DNA of 64,000 nucleotides from a virus. The notes under the pieces are model-generated. The model saw nothing but the letters and a program-made list of their open reading frames with translations. It had not been told where the DNA came from and made no database searches. The stretch is taken from positions 1-64,000 of IMG/VR virus record IMGVR_UViG_3300021957_003133; one strand, written 5' to 3'. The position numbers and the translations under genes are program-made. Below are positions 49,771-59,510 of this stretch, piece by piece. Numbering within the stretch: position 1 is the stretch's first letter; each line of letters starts with the position of its first letter.

Positions 49771-49792
49771 ATACATAATTTAGGAAAAGGAA

Positions 49793-51151
49793 ATGGCTTA
49801 CACCATAACTAAAACAGACGGAACTTCGCTAGGTACTATAACAGACGGAACTATTAATACCAGTTTTACTAGCTTAACATTGATTGGACGTAATTACAGT
49901 AATTATGGACAATTTATTGCTAACGACCTAGTTGCTCTAGTAGAGAATTTTGCATATTCGTCAAGTCCAAGTAATCCTCTAGCAGGACAGCTATGGTGGG
50001 ACACCGGTACTAGTAGACTAAACGTTTATACCGGAACAGCATTTAAAGTTATATCTAATGCAACAGCTTCAAGCTCAGCACCAGCTAATAGTATAGCAGG
50101 TGATTTATGGTTTGATACTGCTAACAGTCAACTTTATGTATATGACGGGACTAGTTGGGTCTTAGTTGGACCTCAGAGAAACGGTAGTGGTGCTGTGTGG
50201 GAACAGATTACTGACAATGTGTCAGCTACACACGATGTACTAAGTGTAAAATTAAATAATGCAAGAACAGAAATTATCAGTTTAGATGCAGAGTTTACTC
50301 CAAATGTTGCTATCAGTGGATTCGCGACAATTAAAACAGGTATCAATGCTAATACTAATGTAGCTAGTGGTACATTCTGGGGTTTAGCAAACAACTCATC
50401 ATACCTAGGTGGAGCACCGTCGACAAGTTACTTACGTAGTGATGCAAACGATACTGCTACAGGAGCAATAACTTTAGCTAATTTAACTGTCGGGTTAGAT
50501 AGCAACATTACAGTAGCTACAGATTCAACAGGCAATGCAACTATTAGAAATACAAAATTAAATGGCGACATTAACTTTTATGCAAATGTTGGCGGAACAG
50601 ATACAAGTGTATTAAGTATCGATGCCGCGGCTGGCTTGTCAAGATTTGTCGGAGTAACAACATCAACTACAGCGGCAATCGGAACTGATGCCACAGTTGG
50701 TGGTACTTTAGCAGTTACAGGAACTGGTGCATTTACTGGTAATCTAACTGCTCCTACGCAAGCTGTTGGTGTTGCAGATACTACAGTTGCTACTACCCAA
50801 TGGGTTAAAAATAATTCAGGTGTTTATGAATATAAGATTTATTCAGGAACATCACATAGTTGGGTTGGTGCAACTTCGGCTAATCTAGTTGTTGGCGGAT
50901 ATACTACATACACAGCAGGCACAAGTGGAATAAATTTACAAAACGGTGCTACCGCAATAACACAACCAGACACATACAATGGTACTGGTAATGCAAGAGT
51001 AGCAACAACACAGTTTGTTAAAACAGCAACAACTTGGTGGGGCAATAGCTCACATAGAAGTGCTAAATGGGTAAGCACGGCGGCTCCGAATGCTGGAGTT
51101 AATGATGTAGGCTCAAATGATGGCGATATTTGGTTCCAACGCGAAGCATAA
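49793..51151 (+). CDS. Tail fibre-like structural protein
   Basis: 452 aa; GQLWWD/GDLWFD repeats, VATTQWV/VATTQFV motifs; N-terminus paralogous to the next gene. Confidence 0.7.
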   Translation: MAYTITKTDGTSLGTITDGTINTSFTSLTLIGRNYSNYGQFIANDLVALVENFAYSSSPSNPLAGQLWWDTGTSRLNVYTGTAFKVISNATASSSAPANSIAGDLWFDTANSQLYVYDGTSWVLVGPQRNGSGAVWEQITDNVSATHDVLSVKLNNARTEIISLDAEFTPNVAISGFATIKTGINANTNVASGTFWGLANNSSYLGGAPSTSYLRSDANDTATGAITLANLTVGLDSNITVATDSTGNATIRNTKLNGDINFYANVGGTDTSVLSIDAAAGLSRFVGVTTSTTAAIGTDATVGGTLAVTGTGAFTGNLTAPTQAVGVADTTVATTQWVKNNSGVYEYKIYSGTSHSWVGATSANLVVGGYTTYTAGTSGINLQNGATAITQPDTYNGTGNARVATTQFVKTATTWWGNSSHRSAKWVSTAAPNAGVNDVGSNDGDIWFQREA

Positions 51152-51158
51152 GATTAAA

Positions 51159-51166
51159 GATAAATA
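51159..51166 (+). promoter_or_regulatory. Late promoter (GATAAATA)
   Basis: Intergenic, upstream of 51192. Confidence 0.7.
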
Positions 51167-51191
51167 ACATTATATAATTAGGTACTAACAA

Positions 51192-52640
51192 ATGGCATAT
51201 ACAATTACTACAACAGCTGGATCAACGTTAGCTTCGGTTACAGATGGAACCGTCAATAGCTCAGCAACTAGTTTAACCTTAATTGGTAAAAACTATGCTG
51301 GTTATGGTATTTTCTTAAATGAAAACTACGTTAAACTATTAGAAAATTTTAATAATTCATCAGCACCTACCAAACCGTTAGCAGGACAACTTTGGTATGA
51401 CAGTACAGCTTCTGTATTAAAAGTTTATACTGGCAGTCTGTGGAAACCTGTTTCGAGTTCAGCAAGCGGCACTACACAACCAGCAAGCCCAATTACTGGT
51501 GACTTATGGTATGACTCAGCTAATGCACAGTTAAAGGTGTGGAGCGGAAGTACTTTTATAACAGTTGGACCTAGCTATACAACATCATCAGGTACATCAG
51601 GTGCAGTTGTTGAAACAATATTAGACAGCGGATCAGCAAGTCATGTAGTTGTTAAGTTTTTTATTAGTAACACAGTCACAGCGATATTAAGTAAAGATGC
51701 AACATTTACTCCAGCTGTTGGAATTTCAGGATTTACTACAGTAGTTCCGGGCTTTAATTTAAGCTCATCAATATCGGGAGCGGTATTTACTGGTACAGTA
51801 ACTAATGCATCAAGTTTGTCGGGTATTACAGCTAGTCAGTTTTTACGTAGCGATCAAGCGGCAAGTACTTCATATGCATTAACTGTTGGACAGTTGTTGG
51901 TCGGAAGTGATTTAACAATCTCTTCAAGCAGTGGCGATATTAACGCCGTTAACGGTACAAGTAATAAAGATTTAAATTTATATGTTAATAAAGGTGGTGT
52001 AAGTACCAAAGCACTCGGTATTACAGGATCAACAGCTAAAGTTACAACATCAAATGATTTCCAAGTTACAGGAGCAACCACATTAAGTGGTGCGACTACA
52101 TGTAGTTCAACACTACAATTAAATGGAGTAACAACGATAGCGGCACAGGCTATCCCAACAGCTGGTAACACTATTGAACTTGGCTCTAGTACTAACAATT
52201 TTGCCAACGTGTTTGCAACAACATTCCGTGGTACTGCTATTACTGCAGAATATGCGGATTTGGCTGAGCGTTTTGAAGCAGATGATTCTTACTCACCAGG
52301 AACAGTTGTTGAACTTGGCGGAGTAAAAGAAATAACAGCGGCTATGAAAGATTTAAGTGATAAAGTATTTGGTGTAATTAGTACACGTGCTGGATTCTTA
52401 ATGAATGGGGCAGCCGGTAATGATCAAACACATCCACCGATAGCAATGGGCGGACGAGTACCTGTCAGAGTAATTGGTACAGTAGAAAAAGGTGATAGAT
52501 TAGTTTCAGCTGGTAACGGCTTAGCTAGATCAGCCACTAGAGATGAAGTTACAGCATTCAATGTTATTGGTAGAGCACTAGGCAATAAAGACACAGAAGC
52601 AGAAGGTACAGTAGAAGCTATCGTTAAGATAAGCAGTTAA
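51192..52640 (+). CDS. Tail fibre-like protein with C-terminal chaperone-like domain
   Basis: 482 aa; GQLWYD repeats; YADLAERF...GRVPVRV...KGDRLVS. Confidence 0.72.
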   Translation: MAYTITTTAGSTLASVTDGTVNSSATSLTLIGKNYAGYGIFLNENYVKLLENFNNSSAPTKPLAGQLWYDSTASVLKVYTGSLWKPVSSSASGTTQPASPITGDLWYDSANAQLKVWSGSTFITVGPSYTTSSGTSGAVVETILDSGSASHVVVKFFISNTVTAILSKDATFTPAVGISGFTTVVPGFNLSSSISGAVFTGTVTNASSLSGITASQFLRSDQAASTSYALTVGQLLVGSDLTISSSSGDINAVNGTSNKDLNLYVNKGGVSTKALGITGSTAKVTTSNDFQVTGATTLSGATTCSSTLQLNGVTTIAAQAIPTAGNTIELGSSTNNFANVFATTFRGTAITAEYADLAERFEADDSYSPGTVVELGGVKEITAAMKDLSDKVFGVISTRAGFLMNGAAGNDQTHPPIAMGGRVPVRVIGTVEKGDRLVSAGNGLARSATRDEVTAFNVIGRALGNKDTEAEGTVEAIVKISS

Positions 52641-52666
52641 TTAAATTCATTTAGGAATATAGAAAC

Positions 52667-53617
52667 ATGGCATACACATCCGGAGGAACTATACAGGCCC
52701 AGGACTACAACTGGCTGACATGGGGAGGTAACACCAGTGGTACTTACACTGAATCAGTTAATAACCTCGCTATAATTTGGGGTCAGGGTACAGGCCAAAA
52801 AGGATACGGGCAGGATGTTAGTGCATTCAGTACAGTTTCAGCAACCAATGAAGTAACAGCGGCACAGTGGAGTGGCTTTATCTATCACCTAAATAAATCA
52901 TTAGGACACCAGTCCCAGACACAATTAGCAAATGGATCAAACATTGGTATCGTTGCTGGAGCAACTGTTGAAGCGTTTGCTAACGTACAAACAGCAGTTA
53001 ACCAAATTAACAGTACTTATTTGACACATCACGCTGTGGGTACAAAAACAACAGGTAGTAACTTAGACGAAACACTAAGTTCAACTACTGGACTAAGTAT
53101 CGGAACAAACTATGACGTAACAGTGACATTTTCTTCAACAGACGCGGCCAGATACTTCTTTAACGCAGGTGGAGAACTACAATATAGATGTAGTACATAC
53201 AATAGTGGCGGTAGTGGTAGTGAAAACTCAGTGACACGTATAGTTAACGGCATTGGTGGTGTTAACTTTAGAACTACAGACAACGGTGGACGTACTGGTT
53301 CAGGTATTACACTAAACACCAATACTACATCGATTGGTTATTACGATCTTACTACCAGTGAACAAACGTTAATTAAAGTAACTGATACTACTGCGGCATA
53401 CACTGCCAGCAATGCTAATTTGAATGTATACTACGTAGGAGCCACAACCAGAGGTGCTAAAGGAAATGTAGTTAGATTTAGATTAAATCTAGCAGTTTCC
53501 AACAAAACTTGGAACGACACTATCTCAATGGGCTTACGTCACAGAGTGGATATACAGTATCCTTCAACAACTTATTTGGCTAATGCCGCAGGCACACCGA
53601 CACCTGCGTTAGCATAA
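52667..53617 (+). CDS. Virion structural protein
   Basis: 316 aa, T/S/G-rich, ARYFFNAGGEL motif; last gene before a terminator. Confidence 0.65.
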   Translation: MAYTSGGTIQAQDYNWLTWGGNTSGTYTESVNNLAIIWGQGTGQKGYGQDVSAFSTVSATNEVTAAQWSGFIYHLNKSLGHQSQTQLANGSNIGIVAGATVEAFANVQTAVNQINSTYLTHHAVGTKTTGSNLDETLSSTTGLSIGTNYDVTVTFSSTDAARYFFNAGGELQYRCSTYNSGGSGSENSVTRIVNGIGGVNFRTTDNGGRTGSGITLNTNTTSIGYYDLTTSEQTLIKVTDTTAAYTASNANLNVYYVGATTRGAKGNVVRFRLNLAVSNKTWNDTISMGLRHRVDIQYPSTTYLANAAGTPTPALA

Positions 53618-53630
53618 TAAAACGTATACT

Positions 53631-53658
53631 AAAAGCACCTTAAGGGGTGCTTTTTTTT
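53631..53658 (+). terminator. Intrinsic terminator ending the fibre operon
   Basis: AAAAGCACCT-TAAG-GGGTGC-T8. Confidence 0.88.
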
Positions 53659-53675
53659 GACTCAAACTAATGGCC

Positions 53676-53683
53676 GATAAATA
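53676..53683 (+). promoter_or_regulatory. Late promoter (GATAAATA) heading the glycosyltransferase/radical SAM cluster
   Basis: 5 nt before ATG 53689, just after the terminator. Confidence 0.7.
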
Positions 53684-53688
53684 GTAGT

Positions 53689-54003
53689 ATGAGCGAAATC
53701 AATGAACTAGTAGAACAAATCAAGCAGGCAACAGATTTTCAGACTAATAAACAAATTTTACGTGAAAAGATTAAGACAGACTTACACGTAGCACACAACG
53801 GTGGTTTATTTTTAGTTTCTGTTGAACTGATAGCATTCCTTTCAACATGGAATGACGAAGAACTATTTGTAGAAGATACATACAACAATCCAATCCCCGT
53901 CAATAGACAAGAGTTTCTAACTAAATGCCAAGAACATTATCACTCAGTGATGAATACGTGGCATATTGAGTATGCAGAACTTAAACGACAACGCAAAGTC
54001 TAG
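53689..54003 (+). CDS. Hypothetical protein
   Basis: 104 aa, first gene of an overlapping operon. Confidence 0.7.
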   Translation: MSEINELVEQIKQATDFQTNKQILREKIKTDLHVAHNGGLFLVSVELIAFLSTWNDEELFVEDTYNNPIPVNRQEFLTKCQEHYHSVMNTWHIEYAELKRQRKV

Positions 54004-54739
54004 AGGCGTTTTATTATTTGCCTACAACACTGACAGTGTTGACTACGTTAAAATCGCAGAACGTGCCGCACGATTGATTGAACACAATTTAAAATTACCT
54101 GTTACCATTATAACTGATATGCAGAGTCCTCAAACCAATGAGAGGATAGGGTATAAAAACGGTAGCCAATGGTTTAATGGTGATAGATATCGTGCTTATG
54201 AACTCAGTCCTTATGATGAAACTTTATTGTTAGACAGTGACTATTTGATATTTGATAACAGCTTGATTAAGATCTTAGACACAGTTGACGATTATAAAAT
54301 AATGTCAAACAACCAATCACCAACACATAGCCAAGACGGAGATATGGGTGCATTGAGTTTAGCATTTGTCTGGGCAACTGCGGTAGTATTTAAAAAAACT
54401 CAAAAAGCCAAACAGTTATTTGATTTAGTTGGTAGGATACAAAGGAACTACGAATACTACGTAAAGTTATACCACTTAAGAGAAAATAACTTCCGTAATG
54501 ATTATGCTTTTGCTATAGCCGATAACATTCTTTCAGGATATCACGCCAGTTCAGGCATACCTTGGTGTATGTTAACCATCGACCATGCAGTTAAAAAGAT
54601 TGAAACACAAAACAACAAACTGATAGTGAGAGAAGATAGCAAGGCATACATAATAACAAGACAGAATTTACACATCATGGATAAAGATTATCTATTAGGC
54701 GATAGCCATCAAAAACTGTTGGATGAAATATGTCTATAG
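53966..54739 (+). CDS. Glycosyltransferase-like protein (GT-A fold, GT8-like)
   Basis: LSPYDETLLLDSDYL (DxD); paralogous to the next gene. Start uncertain (TTG 53966 or ATG 53972). Confidence 0.6.
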   Translation: MSMQNLNDNAKSRGVLLFAYNTDSVDYVKIAERAARLIEHNLKLPVTIITDMQSPQTNERIGYKNGSQWFNGDRYRAYELSPYDETLLLDSDYLIFDNSLIKILDTVDDYKIMSNNQSPTHSQDGDMGALSLAFVWATAVVFKKTQKAKQLFDLVGRIQRNYEYYVKLYHLRENNFRNDYAFAIADNILSGYHASSGIPWCMLTIDHAVKKIETQNNKLIVREDSKAYIITRQNLHIMDKDYLLGDSHQKLLDEICL

Positions 54740-55581
54740 ATAGGGGATTTTTAACTATAGCACAGAACACAGACGGAGTAGACTATCTACGACTAGCATA
54801 CGCACAGGCCATGAGTATTAAGTTAACTATGCCTGGTAGTCAATATTGTGTTATTGTTGATCAAGACACTAACAAACAAATCACAGACGAGCAAAGACTA
54901 GTGTTTGATCATGTTCGAGTTCTAGACAAGGACTATGCCAAACAAGATCAGTGGAAGTTAGCTAACGAATGGCAAGTGTTTAATCTAAGTCCTTACAAAG
55001 AAACAATAAAAGTAGAAAGCGATATCTTGTTTACACGCAGTATAGAACATTGGTGGCACGCATTTAGGCTACGCGACATAGTGTTAAGTCTAGGTACACG
55101 AAATTTTAAAGGCAAACAAGCCAAGTCGAGAGTGTATAGAAAAATATTTGATGCCAATCAATTGCCGGACGTTTACAACGGATTGATGTACTTTCGTTAT
55201 AGCGAAACTGCTAGTGAATTTTTTGAGATAGCAGAACAAGTATTTAAACAATGGGAAACAGTTAAAGGAAATATATTAAAAGGGTTTAGTTATGAAGAAG
55301 CATCAACCGACGTAGTTTATGCCATCGCGGCAAAGACACTAGGAGTTGAACTATGTACATTGCCTGATTGTGATTTTATCAACTTTACTCATATGAAAAA
55401 TGCAATCAATGACTGGCCTGATGATAAATCTTGGACTGAAATGATAATGACAGAAGTAGATCTTCCAATGATACGTATTAACAATGTTAATCAATATCAT
55501 CCTGTACACTATCAAGATAAAAACTGGCTCACCGATGAAATAATTGAAAGGTATAAAGAATGTTTACACAACAAGAATTAG
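54730..55581 (+). CDS. Glycosyltransferase-like protein (GT-A fold, GT8-like)
   Basis: LSPYKETIKVESDIL (ExD), YNGLMYF, STDVVY, FTHMK, HY motifs. Confidence 0.6.
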   Translation: MSIDRGFLTIAQNTDGVDYLRLAYAQAMSIKLTMPGSQYCVIVDQDTNKQITDEQRLVFDHVRVLDKDYAKQDQWKLANEWQVFNLSPYKETIKVESDILFTRSIEHWWHAFRLRDIVLSLGTRNFKGKQAKSRVYRKIFDANQLPDVYNGLMYFRYSETASEFFEIAEQVFKQWETVKGNILKGFSYEEASTDVVYAIAAKTLGVELCTLPDCDFINFTHMKNAINDWPDDKSWTEMIMTEVDLPMIRINNVNQYHPVHYQDKNWLTDEIIERYKECLHNKN

Positions 55582-55907
55582 ATCAAGCTATGAAACAATG
55601 GCCAGAGATCAATGAAGAGACCGTTGAATATAGATTACACTATGACCATACTGGTTTTATCTACATGCAGACGCTACAAAATCATCCAGAGAATACCCAG
55701 TATATTGTAGTAGACGAAACTGTTTATTTTGATACCCGAGACTATAAAATAGTTGACGGTAAGCCCAAAATCATTGACTTACCAACCGGATATCGTGTAC
55801 AATTAAAGAGTAGCAATAAAGGATATCAAGTGGTCAAAAATCATGCAGGTATCTTGTTGGAAAAAGAAACATACAACAATGTGGAATACTATGAAGAAAA
55901 TAGTTGA
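55560..55907 (+). CDS. Hypothetical protein
   Basis: 115 aa overlapping both neighbours. Contains a possible internal sigma70 promoter (TTGACT 55774, 18 nt, TACAAT 55798). Confidence 0.65.
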   Translation: MFTQQELDQAMKQWPEINEETVEYRLHYDHTGFIYMQTLQNHPENTQYIVVDETVYFDTRDYKIVDGKPKIIDLPTGYRVQLKSSNKGYQVVKNHAGILLEKETYNNVEYYEENS

Positions 55908-56784
55908 TATAGCTGATTTAGATTGTGTTTACCTCAGCTACGACGAACCTAAAAAAGAAGAGTTTTGGATTAAAATTTCCAATATGGTTCCTTGGGCAAC
56001 TCGTGTCGACGGAGTTAAAGGCAGTGATGCCGCACATAAAGCCGCGGCTGATTCTAGCACTACAGATAGATTTATTCTAATAGACGGTGATAACTTACCC
56101 GACACAGAGTTCTTTAATCAACAGTTGGTATTAGATGACAACAATCAAGATTGTGTATTCCGTTGGAAAGCCAAGAATAACATAAACGGATTACAGTACG
56201 GCAACGGTGGATTAAGTTGTTGGACAAAAGAGTTTATTTACAATATGAAAACTCACGAGAATACAGATGGTGATGAAGCCAATGATATAGAGTTTTGCTT
56301 TTATGAAAACTATTGGGCAATGCACGACTGCTATTCAACTACATATCCAAATGCTACACCTTTTCAGGCTTGGCGAGCAGGATTCCGTGAAGGTGTTAAG
56401 ATGTGTTTAGATAGAGGAACAAAACCTAGTCCAGCAGACTTTAAACAAAAAGCACATGACAGAAATTTGGATCACCTCAGCGTATGGCATAATGTAGGTC
56501 GAGATGTTGAAAATGGTATATGGGCTATGGCAGGTGCAAGACAAGGCACAGTAATGACTATGTTGTCAGACTGGGATCATCGAGAAGTACAATGGTTTGA
56601 CAACTTAGAAAAGATATGGAATGAAGTAGAGTCACAGGATGCTGAAACTATAGCACATGAGAACGGTACAGAACTCAGAAAATTAGAGTTACCTGCACTT
56701 AAATATGATAGCGAACAAAGTAAGTTTTTCAAACATCATTACAAAAGCGGATTTAACAATAAAGGAATAATGGAACGTGAGTAA
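55891..56784 (+). CDS. Glycosyltransferase-like protein
   Basis: Start revised to ATG 55891 (MKKIVDIA). YLSYDEP, AHKAAA, FILIDGDN (DxD), YGNGG, AWRAGFREG. Confidence 0.6.
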   Translation: MKKIVDIADLDCVYLSYDEPKKEEFWIKISNMVPWATRVDGVKGSDAAHKAAADSSTTDRFILIDGDNLPDTEFFNQQLVLDDNNQDCVFRWKAKNNINGLQYGNGGLSCWTKEFIYNMKTHENTDGDEANDIEFCFYENYWAMHDCYSTTYPNATPFQAWRAGFREGVKMCLDRGTKPSPADFKQKAHDRNLDHLSVWHNVGRDVENGIWAMAGARQGTVMTMLSDWDHREVQWFDNLEKIWNEVESQDAETIAHENGTELRKLELPALKYDSEQSKFFKHHYKSGFNNKGIMERE

Positions 56785-58171
56785 AAGTAAATTTATGAGC
56801 TCTGCAGAAGAGATGAAGGAAAAATTAGGGCCTAGTCTCTGCCTGGCAAAATGGCAACAGGTTAGTTTACATTTACCTACTGGACTCAATAATAGCTGTT
56901 ATCATCCACCGTTGCATGAAATTGATGTAAAACCGCTAGAGTTCCATCCCAGTGCTTTGCATAATACTGTTCATAAGAAAGAGCAACGGAAAAAAATGCT
57001 AGAGGGTGAGAAACCTAAAGAGTGTAACTACTGTTGGACTATGGAAGATGCTGGACATCTGAGCGATAGACACTATCGTAGTGGTGAGCCCTGGGCCGCA
57101 GAACATTATGATAATATTGTTAACCAACCATGGGACAAAGATGTTACTCCAAGTTACGTGGAAGTAAATTTTAGTCACGGATGCAACCTTGCTTGTAGTT
57201 ATTGTAGTCCACAGTTTTCAACTGAATGGAATAAAGACATAGAACGCTGGGGTGCTTACCCGACAAAAAGTCCACATAATGACCCTATGCATTTTAAAGG
57301 ACGTCGACAACCTATACCAGTTAGAGAAAACAATCCTTATGTAGAAGCATTTTGGCAGTGGTGGCCCGAGCTATACCCTGAACTTAAACACTTCCGCATG
57401 ACAGGTGGTGAGCCTCTCATGGACAAAAACACACATAGAGTATTTGACTACATATTAAGTAGTCCTAAACCAGACTTACACGTTGATGTTACTAGTAATT
57501 TTTCAGTAGAGCCAAAACTATTTAATCGCTATATTGACAAGGTGCAACAACTTTGTACTGGAGAACGAATAGAACATTTTATGCAATATGTAAGTGTTGA
57601 CACTGGAATAGCTGAACACGCTGAATATATAAGACATGGGTTAAACTTTAAAAGATTAGAAAACAATGTGTATAGATATCTTGAAGAAGTGCCACATAGA
57701 AATAGTTTAACATTTATCTTAACCATGAACAATCTTAGCTTATTAGGACTACAAAGACAACTAGAATGGATCCTAGAACTAAGACGAGTATATAATACAG
57801 ACGGTTATCAAAAAATATGGTTTGATACACCGGTGTTAAGAACTCCGAGTTGGCAAAGTCTACAGATACTTCCAGAAAGCTATGTAGGTATATTAGAGAA
57901 TGTTATCAAATGGATGAAACTGCACAAGCTAGATGAAAACAGTGATAGATTTGACGGGTTCAAAGATTACGAAATACAGAGAATGGAACGTGATTGTGCT
58001 TGGATGAAGAAAGGTAAAAAACTAAATGAAAAATATTTACACGAAACCCGTGCAGACTTTTATAATTTTTTCAATGAATATGATAAGCGTAGGAAGATTG
58101 ACTTTTTGACAGTGTTTCCACAGATGAAAGAGTTCTGGCAGGAGTGCAAATGGCATGCCGAAAATAGCTAA
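56777..58171 (+). CDS. N-terminal-twitch radical SAM protein
   Basis: CLAKW...SCYHP...CNYC, then CNLACSYC and TGGEP. Confidence 0.9.
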   Translation: MSKSKFMSSAEEMKEKLGPSLCLAKWQQVSLHLPTGLNNSCYHPPLHEIDVKPLEFHPSALHNTVHKKEQRKKMLEGEKPKECNYCWTMEDAGHLSDRHYRSGEPWAAEHYDNIVNQPWDKDVTPSYVEVNFSHGCNLACSYCSPQFSTEWNKDIERWGAYPTKSPHNDPMHFKGRRQPIPVRENNPYVEAFWQWWPELYPELKHFRMTGGEPLMDKNTHRVFDYILSSPKPDLHVDVTSNFSVEPKLFNRYIDKVQQLCTGERIEHFMQYVSVDTGIAEHAEYIRHGLNFKRLENNVYRYLEEVPHRNSLTFILTMNNLSLLGLQRQLEWILELRRVYNTDGYQKIWFDTPVLRTPSWQSLQILPESYVGILENVIKWMKLHKLDENSDRFDGFKDYEIQRMERDCAWMKKGKKLNEKYLHETRADFYNFFNEYDKRRKIDFLTVFPQMKEFWQECKWHAENS

Positions 58172-59510
58172 GGAAACAGACTTAGAGTATAAGCATAGAG
58201 TAATTGACATTAAAAGTGAAAGTTTCTGTGCGGCTAAATGGTATAACGCTACTATATGGTTGGGAAGTGGTATGACTACTAGTTGCCATCATCCGTTGCC
58301 ACACCCTATTGACATAGAAGCTATTAAAACTAATCCAAGTGCTTTACATAACACTGACAAGAAAAAACAAGAACGAGAACAGATGCAGAAAGGTGAACGC
58401 CCTAGTGGATGTGAGTACTGCTGGAAAGTAGAAGACATGGGAACTGATGCTATATCAGATAGGGTTTATAAAACAGTTATATATGAGGACAAAGAAAATG
58501 ATGAAGCTTTTAACACACCTTGTCAAGAAGATGTTAATCTTAAAACATTAGAGATTGCTTTTGATAGAACTTGTCAACTTGCTTGTAGTTATTGTAACCC
58601 TGCGTTTAGTAGTACTTGGGTTAAAGATGTTAAACGTAACGGAGCATATATTGATTTAGTTTCAGATGGTAGGAATCATTTTACTCACACGCACGACAGT
58701 AGTCAGTTGTATACTTTTAGTGAAACTAATCCTTACATTGAAGCATTCTTCAAGTGGTGGGAAACAGACTTACACAAAACATTAAATGAATTACGTATCA
58801 CTGGTGGCGAACCTCTTATGAGTGGACACACGTGGAAGTTGATTGAATGGTTTAAAACTAATCAAGGGAGATCAAAAACTAAATTAGCGATTAACAGTAA
58901 CTTGGCTATCTCTCAAGAAAAGCTCGCAGAGTTTATAGACAGTATACAATCACTTCCACACTTAGAAGTGTATACCAGTAATGAAAGTGTTGGAGCACAG
59001 TCAGAGTATATAAGAGATGGTATAAATTATCTCGAATGGTGTCAAAATATCGAAACCTTAATGGATTGTAGTTCTGTAAAAATACTACATGTGATGTTCA
59101 CTATTAACAGTCTTTGTTTAGACAGCATAACTGATCTATTAGACTATCTTATGAAACTAAAACACCGGCATGGTAAGTTCAGTCTGAGTTTTAGCTTAAA
59201 TATATTAAGATTCCCTAGTTTTCAAAGTGCTACAGTACTACCTGATGACATTAGAAATCAGTATAAAGAAAAATTACAGTCTTGGTTAGATCTAAATAAA
59301 GATGATCTAACATTACACGAGTACGAAGTAAATCATGTAGAAAGATTAGTTGATTATTTAGACATAGTTAAAACTCCGCATGCAGGTGCTGATGAAATAA
59401 CAACTCTACAGAACGATTTTAAACAGTTTTACAAACAATATGATGAACGTAGAGGAAAGAACTTTACAGAAACATTTCCTAGATTAACAGAATGGTATAA
59501 TACATTATGA
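58155..59510 (+). CDS. N-terminal-twitch radical SAM protein
   Basis: CAAKW...SCHHP...CEYC, then CQLACSYC and TGGEP. Confidence 0.9.
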   Translation: MPKIAKETDLEYKHRVIDIKSESFCAAKWYNATIWLGSGMTTSCHHPLPHPIDIEAIKTNPSALHNTDKKKQEREQMQKGERPSGCEYCWKVEDMGTDAISDRVYKTVIYEDKENDEAFNTPCQEDVNLKTLEIAFDRTCQLACSYCNPAFSSTWVKDVKRNGAYIDLVSDGRNHFTHTHDSSQLYTFSETNPYIEAFFKWWETDLHKTLNELRITGGEPLMSGHTWKLIEWFKTNQGRSKTKLAINSNLAISQEKLAEFIDSIQSLPHLEVYTSNESVGAQSEYIRDGINYLEWCQNIETLMDCSSVKILHVMFTINSLCLDSITDLLDYLMKLKHRHGKFSLSFSLNILRFPSFQSATVLPDDIRNQYKEKLQSWLDLNKDDLTLHEYEVNHVERLVDYLDIVKTPHAGADEITTLQNDFKQFYKQYDERRGKNFTETFPRLTEWYNTL

